Source of the DNA: Lewinellaceae bacterium
GTDB lineage: Bacteria; Bacteroidota; Bacteroidia; Chitinophagales; Saprospiraceae
Reading direction: 5' to 3'
Assembly (NCBI GenBank): GCA_020636225.1
Contig: JACJYI010000007.1
Location: 82,352 to 146,351, forward strand
DNA: 64,000 nt
In this document: one piece after another, positions 47,125 to 57,095 of the stretch
How the letters are laid out: each line of letters starts with the position of its first letter
Position numbering within the stretch: position 1 is the first letter of the stretch
Made by a program: the position numbers and the translations under genes
Notes under the pieces: model-generated
What the model saw: only the letters and a program-made list of their open reading frames with translations
What the model was told of the DNA's origin: nothing
The model's database searches: none

Positions 47125-50100
47125 ATGCGCCTTTTGATCAGCTCGTTGTTTCTGCTATTGTTCGGGTCATTGATGGCCCAATCCGGCTCATCCCTCTGGA
47201 CGATGAAATCCCGTGCCTGGGTCGAAAGCCAGGGCCAGGAGATGTATGTCCAGCCAGCCACTGGTCGCTATGCGACCCTCGATCTGCAGGAAGTGCGCCG
47301 GCAATTGCCCCAGGGCGGCAACGGTACCCTCCTGATCCCCGGTCCGGATGGCGTGGAGGTCGCCTATGCGGTGATCTGGTCACCCTCTGCGGAGGCCGGT
47401 TATTTCGAGCGGCATCCCCAGACAGGCACCTTTCGGGTACAGGCCTTGCATGATCGGACGATCAAGGGGCGGATCGATTACAATGAAAAGGGCTTTCACG
47501 CCTTCATCCATCACCAGGGTCGAACCCTGATGATCGATCCGGTCTTCGTTGATCGCGATGATGTGTATGCCATCTATTTCAAGGATGAATACTACGATGA
47601 GACCACTGAACGCCCCGCCTTCAACTGCCTGCTGGAGGAAGAACCGGATGTCAGCGACCCGGTCGAGGTACAATCCGCACCGCCCGTCTCCAGTCTCCGC
47701 AGCGGATCGGTGGTCTTGAAAACCTATCGTATCGCCATCTCCGCGACCGGGGAATACACCAATTTCCATGGTGGCAAGGCCGCTGCCAGTGCCGAGATCG
47801 TCACCGCCGTCAACCGGCTGAATGCAGTGTTGGAACTGGAAATGGGTGTCCATCTCAACCTGATCGCCGCAAATGACCTGATCATCTTTACCAATCCGGC
47901 TACAGACGGCTTCACCAACGGGGAGACGGATATCATGATCAATGAAAATCCCACTGTGATCTCCCAGTTCATTGCCAGCAGTGCCTATGATATCGGGCAT
48001 GTGTTCGGGGTAGCTACCAATGGCCAGGTCGGACTGGCCCAGCTGGCCTGTGTCTGTACCAACTCCAAGGCCCGTGGCGTGAGTGGCGGGTTCACCCCCA
48101 AGTTTGACGGTTTCTATATTGATATCGTTGCCCACGAGGTCGGGCACCAGTTTTCAGCATCGCACTCTTTCAACAAATGCGTGAACGAGAACCCTGGTAC
48201 CGGATGGGAGCCGGGCAGTGGTTCGACCATCATGTCCTATGCCGGATCATGCGGGCCCAACAATGTCAAGAACTCTTCTGACGATTACTATCACGGAGGC
48301 AGCCTGGGGCAGATGAAGAACTTCATCCGGGTCGGCGCCGGCGCCCAGTGTGGGGAAGACATCCCCACAGACAATGATCCTCCGGTCCTCACCCTTGATT
48401 ACACCAATGGATTTTCCATCCCCATTTCCACCCCGTTCATCCTGGAGGCATCCGCTGTCGACCCGGATGGGGACGACCTCACGTATTGCTGGGAAACGAT
48501 CGATACCGGACCGATCACCGATGCCGGATCGCCCATCATGAACTCTCCCCTGTTCAGGAGCTTCATCGCCACATCCGATTCATCCAGGGTCTTCCCCAAG
48601 ATGTACAAGGTAGCCCAGGACATCTATGACAAGTTCGAGCTGCTGCCCACCTATTCCCGCGATATGACCTTCCGGGTCACGGTGAGGGACAATAATGCGC
48701 AGTCCGGCAGCATCGATCAGCAGGATGTAGCCTTCAAGGCTACTGAGCTGGCCGGACCATTCGTGGTCACTTCCTTCAACACGGTGGATACGGTCCGCCA
48801 GGGTGACTATGTCCCGGTGACCTGGGATGTGGCCAATACCGACCAGTATCCGGTGTACTGCCAGGCTGTATCGATCTATCTGTCGACCGATGGCGGGCAG
48901 ACCTTCCCCATCCAGCTGGCGGAGAACGTCCCCAACACGGGATCCTTCAACGTGACCATTCCTCCGGTGACCACCAATGCCGGCCGGATCATGGTCCGGG
49001 CCGCAGACAATATCTTCTTCAATATGTCGACCGAGAATCTTCGGATCCTGCCGCCGACTTCGCCCGCCTTCTCCCTGGACATTACCCCTTATTCCCAGGT
49101 GGCCTGTGTACCGGACCTGGTCACCCTGCAACTGGAGACCGGCTCTCTCCTGGGCTTTGCCGACGAGATTACCTTCAGCATCCAGACCGGATTACCTCCG
49201 GGGGCTGTTGCCACCTTCAGCCAATCGACGGTCGTCCCACCGGCATCGGTGCAGCTACAGATCGATCTTAGCGGGGTCACCCAGGGCGGTGAATACGACC
49301 TGGAGATCCTGGCCGAGGCCAATGGCATGCCAACAGCCGTTCGGCCTGCCAGGCTCCGGGTGTTCCGGAGCGATTACAGTTCGCTGGACGCTCTTGACCC
49401 ACCCAGTGGCAGCAGTGGCATCGGCAGCTCGCCGCTCCTCGCCTGGATCGAGCAGGAAGATGCCCAGACCTATACCCTGGAGTTGGCCACCAGCCCGGCA
49501 TTCGGGGCCACCACCTTCCTCACCGAGACCGGACTGACCGAGCCCTCCTACCAGACCTTGCTCACCCTGGATGCGAATACCCTCTATTTCTGGCGTGTGC
49601 GCCCAGCCAATATCTGCGGTTCACCCGAGGATGTGCCCGTTTATGCATTCCACACCATCAGCCTGAATTGTACGGACCTCACCGATGACACGGAATACAG
49701 CATTACCAATCAGGGCCTGAGTTCGGTGGAGAGCGTGATCGATATCCCCAATAGTGGCATGGTCAGCGAGGTCAGAGTACAGAATATAACGGGCACCCAC
49801 CAGTCCATCGGCGACCTGCGTGGATTCCTGGAAAGCCCCAAGGGAACGAAAGTGCGCCTCTTTGCCGGCAAGTGTTCCTTCATCGCCGGGACGATCAACA
49901 TGGGATTCAATGACGAGTCCGCCCTGCCATTCAACTGCCCTCCCAGCCAGGGGAACATCTATGCCAGTGAAGAACCACTGGGCGCCATCTCCGGAGAAGA
50001 TATCGCCGGTGAATGGAAACTGATCCTCCAGGATCTGGCCATTGGCGGCGGCGGCAAACTGAGCAGTTGGACCCTGCGGCTGTGTACCGATGTCAGCCTC

Positions 50101-50712
50101 AACAATCCCTTCCTGGTGAAAAAGGACACCATGAACCTGCTTCCCGGGGCCACGAAGGTATTGTCCAATGATCTCCTGCTGACCGAAGACCAGGACAACA
50201 CACCTGCAGAACTGACCTATACCCTCGTCCAGGTGCCTGCACACGGCCTGCTCCGGCTCAATGGTATTGTGTTGGCCGTTGGGGCAACCTTTACCCAGGC
50301 CGATATCGATCAGGGGAATCTGACGTATGAAGACACTTCTCAGGCAGAAGGCCTGGATGGCTTCCTCTTCACCGTGCAGGATGGCCAGGGCGGCTGGTTC
50401 GGGATCGAGCAATACCCGATCCGCACGACCATGACCGTCTCCGTGAATAACCTGCTGCCTGGCGAAATCGGGTTGGAAGTATTCCCCAATCCGACCACCG
50501 GCGACCTCTACCTGCAGATCCGGGATACAGACCTCCAGCCGACACAGGTCCAGATCGTCAACATCCTGGGCATGGCCGTGCCGGTGTCTGTCCTGACCAA
50601 TGGAAGCAACCGCCTTCATGTCGACCTGTCGCGAGTGCCTGATGGAATCTACCTGGTCCGTGTATTCCTGCCGGAAGGCCAGGCCGTCACCAAGGTGCAG
50701 GTGCACCGATAA
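47125..50712 (+). CDS. Secreted metzincin zinc protease, paralog 2 (same architecture)
   Basis: It has the HEVGHQFSASH motif and is collinear with paralog 1 along the whole length, including long identical stretches (e.g. LTYCWE..D TGPITDAGSP..NSPLFRSF). It has a T9SS CTD. Start at MRLLISSLFLLLFG (47125). Confidence 0.75.
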   Translation: MRLLISSLFLLLFGSLMAQSGSSLWTMKSRAWVESQGQEMYVQPATGRYATLDLQEVRRQLPQGGNGTLLIPGPDGVEVAYAVIWSPSAEAGYFERHPQTGTFRVQALHDRTIKGRIDYNEKGFHAFIHHQGRTLMIDPVFVDRDDVYAIYFKDEYYDETTERPAFNCLLEEEPDVSDPVEVQSAPPVSSLRSGSVVLKTYRIAISATGEYTNFHGGKAAASAEIVTAVNRLNAVLELEMGVHLNLIAANDLIIFTNPATDGFTNGETDIMINENPTVISQFIASSAYDIGHVFGVATNGQVGLAQLACVCTNSKARGVSGGFTPKFDGFYIDIVAHEVGHQFSASHSFNKCVNENPGTGWEPGSGSTIMSYAGSCGPNNVKNSSDDYYHGGSLGQMKNFIRVGAGAQCGEDIPTDNDPPVLTLDYTNGFSIPISTPFILEASAVDPDGDDLTYCWETIDTGPITDAGSPIMNSPLFRSFIATSDSSRVFPKMYKVAQDIYDKFELLPTYSRDMTFRVTVRDNNAQSGSIDQQDVAFKATELAGPFVVTSFNTVDTVRQGDYVPVTWDVANTDQYPVYCQAVSIYLSTDGGQTFPIQLAENVPNTGSFNVTIPPVTTNAGRIMVRAADNIFFNMSTENLRILPPTSPAFSLDITPYSQVACVPDLVTLQLETGSLLGFADEITFSIQTGLPPGAVATFSQSTVVPPASVQLQIDLSGVTQGGEYDLEILAEANGMPTAVRPARLRVFRSDYSSLDALDPPSGSSGIGSSPLLAWIEQEDAQTYTLELATSPAFGATTFLTETGLTEPSYQTLLTLDANTLYFWRVRPANICGSPEDVPVYAFHTISLNCTDLTDDTEYSITNQGLSSVESVIDIPNSGMVSEVRVQNITGTHQSIGDLRGFLESPKGTKVRLFAGKCSFIAGTINMGFNDESALPFNCPPSQGNIYASEEPLGAISGEDIAGEWKLILQDLAIGGGGKLSSWTLRLCTDVSLNNPFLVKKDTMNLLPGATKVLSNDLLLTEDQDNTPAELTYTLVQVPAHGLLRLNGIVLAVGATFTQADIDQGNLTYEDTSQAEGLDGFLFTVQDGQGGWFGIEQYPIRTTMTVSVNNLLPGEIGLEVFPNPTTGDLYLQIRDTDLQPTQVQIVNILGMAVPVSVLTNGSNRLHVDLSRVPDGIYLVRVFLPEGQAVTKVQVHR

Positions 50713-50750
50713 TTACCGGCCCCCAGGCGGCAGGATGCAACCGTTCTGCG

Positions 50751-50784
50751 ACAAAGCCTGTCTATGCACATAGACAGGCTTTGT
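50751..50784 (+). terminator. Rho-independent terminator after protease paralog 2
   Basis: A perfect 14-bp stem acaaagcctgtcta / tagacaggctttgt forms with a 6-nt loop, followed by catgttttg. Confidence 0.65.
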
Positions 50785-50924
50785 CATGTTTTGCCTCCTC
50801 ACATCCTTGATCAATCACCATCGTCATCCGTCCGGTAAAAGGGAATTCTCGTCGAAAAGTTTGAGCGACTCATGTGGAAACCTGCTTCCTTCGCAACTAT
50901 TATTTGGACAACTCAATCTAGCGT

Positions 50925-53360
50925 ATGAATCATCTGTTCTCTCTGTTGCTCGTGTTCACGAGCAGCTTCCTCCTGGCGCAGGGAGGCCAACTCACCGGTT
51001 CACTGCAGAATGCTGATCAGGAACCGCTGATCTTCGCCAATGTAGCCTTGTATGACACATCGACCAACGCGCTGGTCAAGGCCGAGGCAACCAATGAGCA
51101 GGGGGCCTTCACCCTGGTCAGCATTCCGTCCGGGGTGTACCGGTTGGTAGCCACCTATGTCGGCCTGCCCGACCTCGTCAGGGAGGAAATCCTCATCACC
51201 GAGGATCGTTCCACGGACCTGGGCCTGCTGACCTTTCCGGTCCAGGCCATCGAACTGGCCACCGCTACCGTGAAGGCAGACCGCGCCCTGGTAGAGATCA
51301 AACCCGACCGGACGGTCTTCAATGTGTCGGGGACCATCAACAGTGCAGGTGCGGACGCACTTTCCCTCCTCAGAAAGGCTCCCGGCGTGCTGGTCGACAA
51401 CAACGACAACATCAGTGTGCTGGGCCGCTCCGGGGTCCTCATCTACGTCGATGGCAAACTGCTACCCCTGAATGGCGATGCCCTGTCAGCCTATCTCAAC
51501 AACCTGCAGGCCGACCAGATCGACCGGATCGACATCATCTCCAACCCCGGCGCCAAATACGACGCGGAAGGCAATGCCGGGATCATCGATATCCACCTGA
51601 AGAAGGACAAGAACCACGGCGCCAACGGATCCGTCAACGCAACTGTCAGTCAGGGGCGCTATTTGCGTGAGAACACCGGTGCCAACGGAAATTTCCGCAA
51701 TCGCTTCATGAACGTCTTCGGCAATGGCAGCCTCTACAAAGGTCAGGGCTTCAACAACATTGACTTCACCAGTACCCAGAATGGCCTGGCCCTGGATGAG
51801 ATCAACCGGTTCGGCAATCAGTACCAGGGGTATGAGGCCCGCCTGGGCACGGACTTCTTTATCGGAGCCAACCACACCATCGGCTTCCTGGTCAGCCAGG
51901 GCCAGCACATGGCTGACCGGAACACCTACAACCGGGTGAGCATCGCCAACCAGCAGATGCCTTCCCAGATCGACAGCGTCCTGATCGCCCGAACCACTGG
52001 TGAGGACGACCGCTTCCGCAACACCTTCAATCTGAACTATCGGTATGACAACAAGAAAGGCCGCATCCTGAACATCGATGCAGACTATGGCCGGTTCCGG
52101 AATGACAGCAAGCGGATCCAGCCCAACCAGTATTTCGACGCCACCCAGCAGAACCTGTTGACCGAGATCACCAATGAATTCGACACCCCCACGGATATCG
52201 ACATCTCCACGTTCAAGGTCGATTACGAGCAAGACCTCTGGGGTGGAAAATGGGCCGTGGGAACCAAGGCCAGCCGGGTGGCCTCCGACAATACCTTCCT
52301 GGTCTACCTGGTCGAGGATGGCTCCCCGGGTCTGGATCTGAACACCTCCAATACGTTTGAATACGACGAGGATGTATATGCGGGATATACCAATTATTCC
52401 AGGTCCATCAACAAGGCCTGGAGCTTCTCCGCCGGATTGCGGGTCGAGCATACCGATGCCACCGGCAACCTGATGGCCTTCCGACCCGACCTGATGGAGC
52501 CACCGGTGGAGTTGAACTATACCAACTGGTTTCCTTCGGCCGGCCTGACCTGGCAGGTCTCACCCAAGCAGACCCTGGCCCTGAACTACGGCCGGCGCAT
52601 CAATCGCCCGGACTACAACGTGCTCAATCCATTCAACAACCAGCTCAGCCAGCTGTCCTACGAGCGGGGAAATCCCTTCCTGCGTCCGGAGATCGTGAAC
52701 AACCTGGAACTGGGGTACACCCTGAACTACCGGTACAACCTTAAGGTGGGGTACAGCAAGACCACCGACCAGATCACCCACCTGATCGGCCCGGATGAAA
52801 ACGACCCCAGGGCCAACTTCATCTCCTGGGAGAACCTGGCCGAGCAGACCATCTGGAGTGCCAACATCAGCGCTCCCGTGCAGGTGACCAAATGGTGGAA
52901 TGCCTATGTCAACCTGAATGCCTCGCATCTCGACAACCAGGCCGACTATGGGGATGGTGCCATCGTGGATGTACAGGCCTTCACCTACAATATCTACCAG
53001 CAGTCCACCTTCACCCTGCCCTTTGGATTCAAGGGCGAGATCTCCGGCTGGTTTTCCGGCCCGGGTATCTGGGGAGGTGTGTTCGAATACGACCCCAGCT
53101 GGAGCCTGGATGTCGGCCTGCAGCGGCGATTCCTGAACGACCAGATGAATGTCCGCCTGAACATCAGTGACATCTTCTATGAATCCTACTGGTCGGGTGT
53201 CTCCTCCTTCAATGGCCTGGTCAGCACCGGGTCGGGCAACTGGGACAGCCGGCGGGTCAGCCTGAGCATCAGCTACGACATGGGCAACAAGAATGTCAAG
53301 TCGCGGAAACGGAAGACCGGACTGGAGGAAGAGGCCGGCCGTGTCGGCTCCAATAACTGA
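50925..53360 (+). CDS. Outer-membrane beta-barrel / TonB-dependent-receptor-like protein with CarboxypepD_reg-like N-domain
   Basis: It has a signal peptide, a GSLQNADQEPLIFANVALYD...GAFTLVSIPSGVYRLVATYVG domain, a plug-like ADALSLLRKAPGVLVDNNDNISVLGRSGVLIYVDGK segment and a long barrel. Confidence 0.7.
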   Translation: MNHLFSLLLVFTSSFLLAQGGQLTGSLQNADQEPLIFANVALYDTSTNALVKAEATNEQGAFTLVSIPSGVYRLVATYVGLPDLVREEILITEDRSTDLGLLTFPVQAIELATATVKADRALVEIKPDRTVFNVSGTINSAGADALSLLRKAPGVLVDNNDNISVLGRSGVLIYVDGKLLPLNGDALSAYLNNLQADQIDRIDIISNPGAKYDAEGNAGIIDIHLKKDKNHGANGSVNATVSQGRYLRENTGANGNFRNRFMNVFGNGSLYKGQGFNNIDFTSTQNGLALDEINRFGNQYQGYEARLGTDFFIGANHTIGFLVSQGQHMADRNTYNRVSIANQQMPSQIDSVLIARTTGEDDRFRNTFNLNYRYDNKKGRILNIDADYGRFRNDSKRIQPNQYFDATQQNLLTEITNEFDTPTDIDISTFKVDYEQDLWGGKWAVGTKASRVASDNTFLVYLVEDGSPGLDLNTSNTFEYDEDVYAGYTNYSRSINKAWSFSAGLRVEHTDATGNLMAFRPDLMEPPVELNYTNWFPSAGLTWQVSPKQTLALNYGRRINRPDYNVLNPFNNQLSQLSYERGNPFLRPEIVNNLELGYTLNYRYNLKVGYSKTTDQITHLIGPDENDPRANFISWENLAEQTIWSANISAPVQVTKWWNAYVNLNASHLDNQADYGDGAIVDVQAFTYNIYQQSTFTLPFGFKGEISGWFSGPGIWGGVFEYDPSWSLDVGLQRRFLNDQMNVRLNISDIFYESYWSGVSSFNGLVSTGSGNWDSRRVSLSISYDMGNKNVKSRKRKTGLEEEAGRVGSNN

Positions 53361-53380
53361 TCCTTCCATTCGGACATCAG

Positions 53381-53416
53381 AGGGGCATATGGACGTATCC
53401 ATGTGCCCCTTTTTCT
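53381..53416 (+). terminator. Rho-independent terminator
   Basis: The stem aggggcatatgga / tccatgtgcccct (one G-T pair) is followed by tttttc. Confidence 0.65.
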
Positions 53417-53514
53417 GGTGATCCCATGAGATATCCTGCCTTCTGGCCCCGGTAGGCCTTTGCAGGCCGGTCTTTTGCTATTTTTGTCCCTTGATCCAAC
53501 CGGAAACCAATCAC

Positions 53515-56190
53515 ATGATCAGGGTAGGTATTTTTTTTGGCGGTCCCTCCCGTGAGCGGGAGATCAGTTTTGCGGGAGGCCGCACGGTATTCGACAACCT
53601 GAACAAGCAACTGTTCGAGCCGGTCCTCTATTTTATTGACAGCCGGCGCCACCTGATCGAGCTGGATTGGAGCTACATGTACAAGGGCACCATCCGCGAC
53701 TTATACCCGCCTGCTGCCGAGCTGCCGCCGAGTCCTCACCATTTCCAGATCTATCTGGAATCCCTGGGGAAGATGTCGGAGGAAACGATGCAGCGGATCG
53801 CGGGATCCGTGGGTGTCCTCCGGCAATGGACCGACCTGCCCGGTCGGATCGACCTGGCCTTCCTGGCCCTGCACGGCGAGTTTGGTGAAGACGGACAGAT
53901 TCAGGGCCTCCTGGAAAGCCTGGACATCCCCTACACCGGCAGTGGCATCCGGGCCAGTGCGATCGGGATCGACAAGGGCATCCAGAAGAAACTGATGCAT
54001 GCCGGCGGGTTTTCCGGTCCGGAACATCGCGTCATCCATCGGCAGGACTGGCTCTCCGGTGACATCGCTGCTTTCTTCAGCGATGCACGATCCACCTTCG
54101 GCCAGAAAGTGGTGATCCGCCCGGCCAACCAGGGGTCATCCATCGGCGTGTCCATCATCGACCTGGAGGACATCGACGTCTTTCAGCAGGCAGTGGACCA
54201 GGCATTCTTCCGCTGGCGACTGTCGGGGTCGACCTGGCGATCCATGGCCCCCGATGCACGGGTGCAATGGGTCCGACAGATCAGCGATATCCGCAGCGGG
54301 AGCGGGTTCCCCCTCCTCCTCAATGACAAGATCATCCATCACCCGGAGGAATTACTCACCTCCCTGACTTCGGAACCCGAGGAAGCCTGGCTGCTGGAAA
54401 GCATCTCGGCCGAGCACACCGTCCTCCTGGAGGGATTCATCCAGGGCAAGGAATTCTCCTGCATCGTCATCCGAAAGGAAAATGGCACCGCGGTTGCCCT
54501 GCCCCCGACGGAGATCATCAAGGGCGGGGAGGTCTTCGACTACCGGTCCAAATACCTTCCCGGCCTGTCCCGAAAGGAAACGCCGATCCATCTGCCCGAT
54601 GAGCAGATCCAGGCGATCCGTCGGGAATGCGAGCGATTGTTCCACTACCTCGACTTCCAGGTCTACGCCCGGATCGACGGGTTCATCCTGGAGGATGGAA
54701 CGATCTTCCTCAATGACCCGAATACGACTTCGGGGATGATGCCCTCGTCCTTCTTCTTCCACCAGGCCGCGGAGATCGGCATCAACCCCTCCCAGTTCCT
54801 GACCTATATCATCCGGACCTCCCTGCAGGAACGGCTGGCCCATGCCACGAGCCTGCCGGCCTGGAAGCCCCTCCTGGGCCAACTGGATGAGCAACTGGCT
54901 GACCTCCATGAGCAGGAGTCACAACGCACGAAGATCGCCGTGATCCTGGGCGGCTACAGCTCGGAACGACATATCAGTGTGGAAAGCGGTCGGAACATCT
55001 ATGAAAAGCTGTCGTCCTCGGCGAAATACGAGCCGGTACCCGTCTTCCTGACCGGATCGGCCGGCGCCCATGAGCTCCATGTCATCCCGGTCAATCTCCT
55101 CCTGAAGGACAATGCGGATGATATCCATGACCGCTTGCAGCACTGGAAGGTCCACCCGGTGATCGAGGAGATCAAGCACCAGTGCCGGGAGATCACGGGC
55201 AAGTATGCCTATGCGGATGCGCCGATGGAGCCCCGGCAGCTGACCTATGAGCAACTGGCCAATGAGGTGGACGGCGTCTTCATCGCCCTGCACGGTCGGC
55301 CCGGGGAAGACGGAGAGGTGCAACGCCAGCTCGAAGAGGTCGGACTCCCCTACAATGGGTCGGATGTCCCGTCGTCCCGAATCACCATCGACAAGTATCG
55401 CACCCTGCATATTCTGGGTGAGCATGGTTTCCCTGTCGCCCGCCAGCATCTTGCCTCCAGGGCATTGTGGCTGCAGGATCCCGACCGATGGGTCGCGGAG
55501 CTGGAGGAACGATTTACCTATCCCTTCATCGGCAAGCCTGTAGACGACGGGTGCAGTTCCGCCGTCAAGGTGATCCGCAACCGGGCCAGCCTGGAAGCCT
55601 TCGCTGCCGCGCTGTATCGCGACCAGGAAGAGGTCCCGGAAGCACTGCGAACGATCCTGGATCTCCGGCCCAAGGAAGAGTTTCCCCGCAAGGAAAACAT
55701 CCTCTTCGAGACATTGATCTCCCGGGAAGGAACCGCACATTTCCTGGAAGTGACCGGTGGACTGGTGACCCATTGGAAGGATGGACAATGGGTCTACGAG
55801 GTGTTCGAACCATCAGAGGCACTGGCCGGGAGCGAGATCCTCTCCCTGGAAGAGAAATTCCTGGCCGGGGAAGGCCAGAACATCACCCCGGCACGATTCA
55901 GTCCTGACCCGTCAGAGGCTGCCCGGATCTCCGGCATCGTCCGCTCGGACCTTGAGAAGGCCGCCCGCCTCCTGGGTGTGCGTGGCTATGCCCGGATCGA
56001 TGCCTTCGTCAAGATATTTGCCGATGGCCGGGTCGAGACCTGGGTCATCGAAGTAAACTCCCTGCCCGGCATGACCCCGGCGACCTGTATCTTCCACCAG
56101 GCTGCCATCAACGGCTATACACCCTATCATTTCATCGATCAGATCCTTGAATTCAGCTTCCATGAGCGAACCCAACGCCACCCTGCTTAA
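53515..56190 (+). CDS. ddl: Tandem-duplicated D-alanine--D-alanine ligase family (two complete ATP-grasp modules in one 891-aa chain)
   Basis: Module 1 runs IRVGIFFGGPSREREISFAGG ... ALHGEFGEDGQIQGLLESLDIPYTGSG ... ARIDGFILEDGTIFLNDPNTTSGM. Module 2 runs KIAVILGGYSSERHISVESG ... ALHGRPGEDGEVQRQLEEVGLPYNGS ... ARIDAFVKIFADGRVETWVIEVNSLPGMT. Confidence 0.75.
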   Translation: MIRVGIFFGGPSREREISFAGGRTVFDNLNKQLFEPVLYFIDSRRHLIELDWSYMYKGTIRDLYPPAAELPPSPHHFQIYLESLGKMSEETMQRIAGSVGVLRQWTDLPGRIDLAFLALHGEFGEDGQIQGLLESLDIPYTGSGIRASAIGIDKGIQKKLMHAGGFSGPEHRVIHRQDWLSGDIAAFFSDARSTFGQKVVIRPANQGSSIGVSIIDLEDIDVFQQAVDQAFFRWRLSGSTWRSMAPDARVQWVRQISDIRSGSGFPLLLNDKIIHHPEELLTSLTSEPEEAWLLESISAEHTVLLEGFIQGKEFSCIVIRKENGTAVALPPTEIIKGGEVFDYRSKYLPGLSRKETPIHLPDEQIQAIRRECERLFHYLDFQVYARIDGFILEDGTIFLNDPNTTSGMMPSSFFFHQAAEIGINPSQFLTYIIRTSLQERLAHATSLPAWKPLLGQLDEQLADLHEQESQRTKIAVILGGYSSERHISVESGRNIYEKLSSSAKYEPVPVFLTGSAGAHELHVIPVNLLLKDNADDIHDRLQHWKVHPVIEEIKHQCREITGKYAYADAPMEPRQLTYEQLANEVDGVFIALHGRPGEDGEVQRQLEEVGLPYNGSDVPSSRITIDKYRTLHILGEHGFPVARQHLASRALWLQDPDRWVAELEERFTYPFIGKPVDDGCSSAVKVIRNRASLEAFAAALYRDQEEVPEALRTILDLRPKEEFPRKENILFETLISREGTAHFLEVTGGLVTHWKDGQWVYEVFEPSEALAGSEILSLEEKFLAGEGQNITPARFSPDPSEAARISGIVRSDLEKAARLLGVRGYARIDAFVKIFADGRVETWVIEVNSLPGMTPATCIFHQAAINGYTPYHFIDQILEFSFHERTQRHPA

Positions 56191-57052
56191 CCGGCTCCGA
56201 CGGGGCTTCGGATCCCTGGTCCATTTCGTGTCCTCGGCCGTGTTCATCAACAACCTGCTGGCCCTGATCGGTGTGTCAGCCTTCCTGATCCTCTTCGTCT
56301 CCTGGTGGTTGCGATGCTACACCCATCACGGCCAGAAGCTGATCATCAAGAACTATGTAGGAGTCCTCGTCCAGGATGCCCGTGAAGATGCCGATGATCA
56401 CAGCTTCGAGATGGTGGTGGAAGACAGCGTCTTCATGGTGGGCAAGCCTGCCGGGGTGATCCTGACCCAGAATCCGGCGCCCGGGGCCGCCGTCAAGAAA
56501 AACCGGAAGATCTACGTCACCATCACCAAGGAGGCGGCTGACCAGATCCCCTTTGCCAGCCTGCCCATGATGTATGGCAAGGAGATCAATGTGATCCGGA
56601 AGACCCTGAAGCAGCGGTTCCAGATCGACACGGAGATTGTCGGCGAGCGCTTCGATGAAGGCCCTCCCAATGTGGTCCTCGAGGTGATCTACGCCGGCGA
56701 CACCCTGATCAACCGGGTTCGAAAAACAGCACCCAAGGTCTCGGTGGATAAAGGGGGCACCATCCAGTTCGTGATCTCCAAGGATGTCAGTGAATCGGTG
56801 CAGCTCCCCGACCTGGAATGCCAGACCCTCAATGATGCCGATTTCCTACTCAAAGCCAGCCGACTGGTGCTGGGTGAATTACACCTGGATGAAACGGTGA
56901 CCAACCGATATTCCGCCTTTGTGATCCGGCAGCAACCGGCCTATGCCCCCGGCCTCATCGTGACCAAGGGCGATACCGTCCAGGTGTGGCTGACCCAAGC
57001 CAGGCCGGCCCGTTGTCCGGATGTCCTGCCAGACAATCAATACGAGGAATAA
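56162..57052 (+). CDS. PASTA domain-containing membrane protein
   Basis: It has a TM helix (LLALIGVSAFLILFVSWW) followed by PASTA-like repeats (...GVILTQNPAPGAAVKKNRKIYVTITK). It overlaps the ddl end by 29 nt. Confidence 0.6.
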   Translation: MSEPNATLLNRLRRGFGSLVHFVSSAVFINNLLALIGVSAFLILFVSWWLRCYTHHGQKLIIKNYVGVLVQDAREDADDHSFEMVVEDSVFMVGKPAGVILTQNPAPGAAVKKNRKIYVTITKEAADQIPFASLPMMYGKEINVIRKTLKQRFQIDTEIVGERFDEGPPNVVLEVIYAGDTLINRVRKTAPKVSVDKGGTIQFVISKDVSESVQLPDLECQTLNDADFLLKASRLVLGELHLDETVTNRYSAFVIRQQPAYAPGLIVTKGDTVQVWLTQARPARCPDVLPDNQYEE

Positions 57053-57095
57053 CGAGAAGCAACATCTCCTGACCGAATACGTTCAAAATGGTGAA

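Noticed and set aside
43733-50706. Minus-strand ORFs of 369, 255, 183 and 361 aa inside the two metalloprotease genes
   Set aside because: They are antisense shadows. The plus-strand frames carry the zinc motif, the P-domain and the T9SS CTD.
50785-50924. Possible cobalamin riboswitch upstream of the OM receptor (ggtaaaagggaa ... ggaaacctgc)
   Set aside because: The leader is only ~140 nt. It lacks the GGTG...CCCGCAACTGT core and a B12 box. The match is limited to two short strings.
51486-55788. Minus-strand ORFs of 321, 280, 185 and 289 aa opposite the OM barrel and ddl
   Set aside because: They are antisense shadows in high-GC coding DNA.
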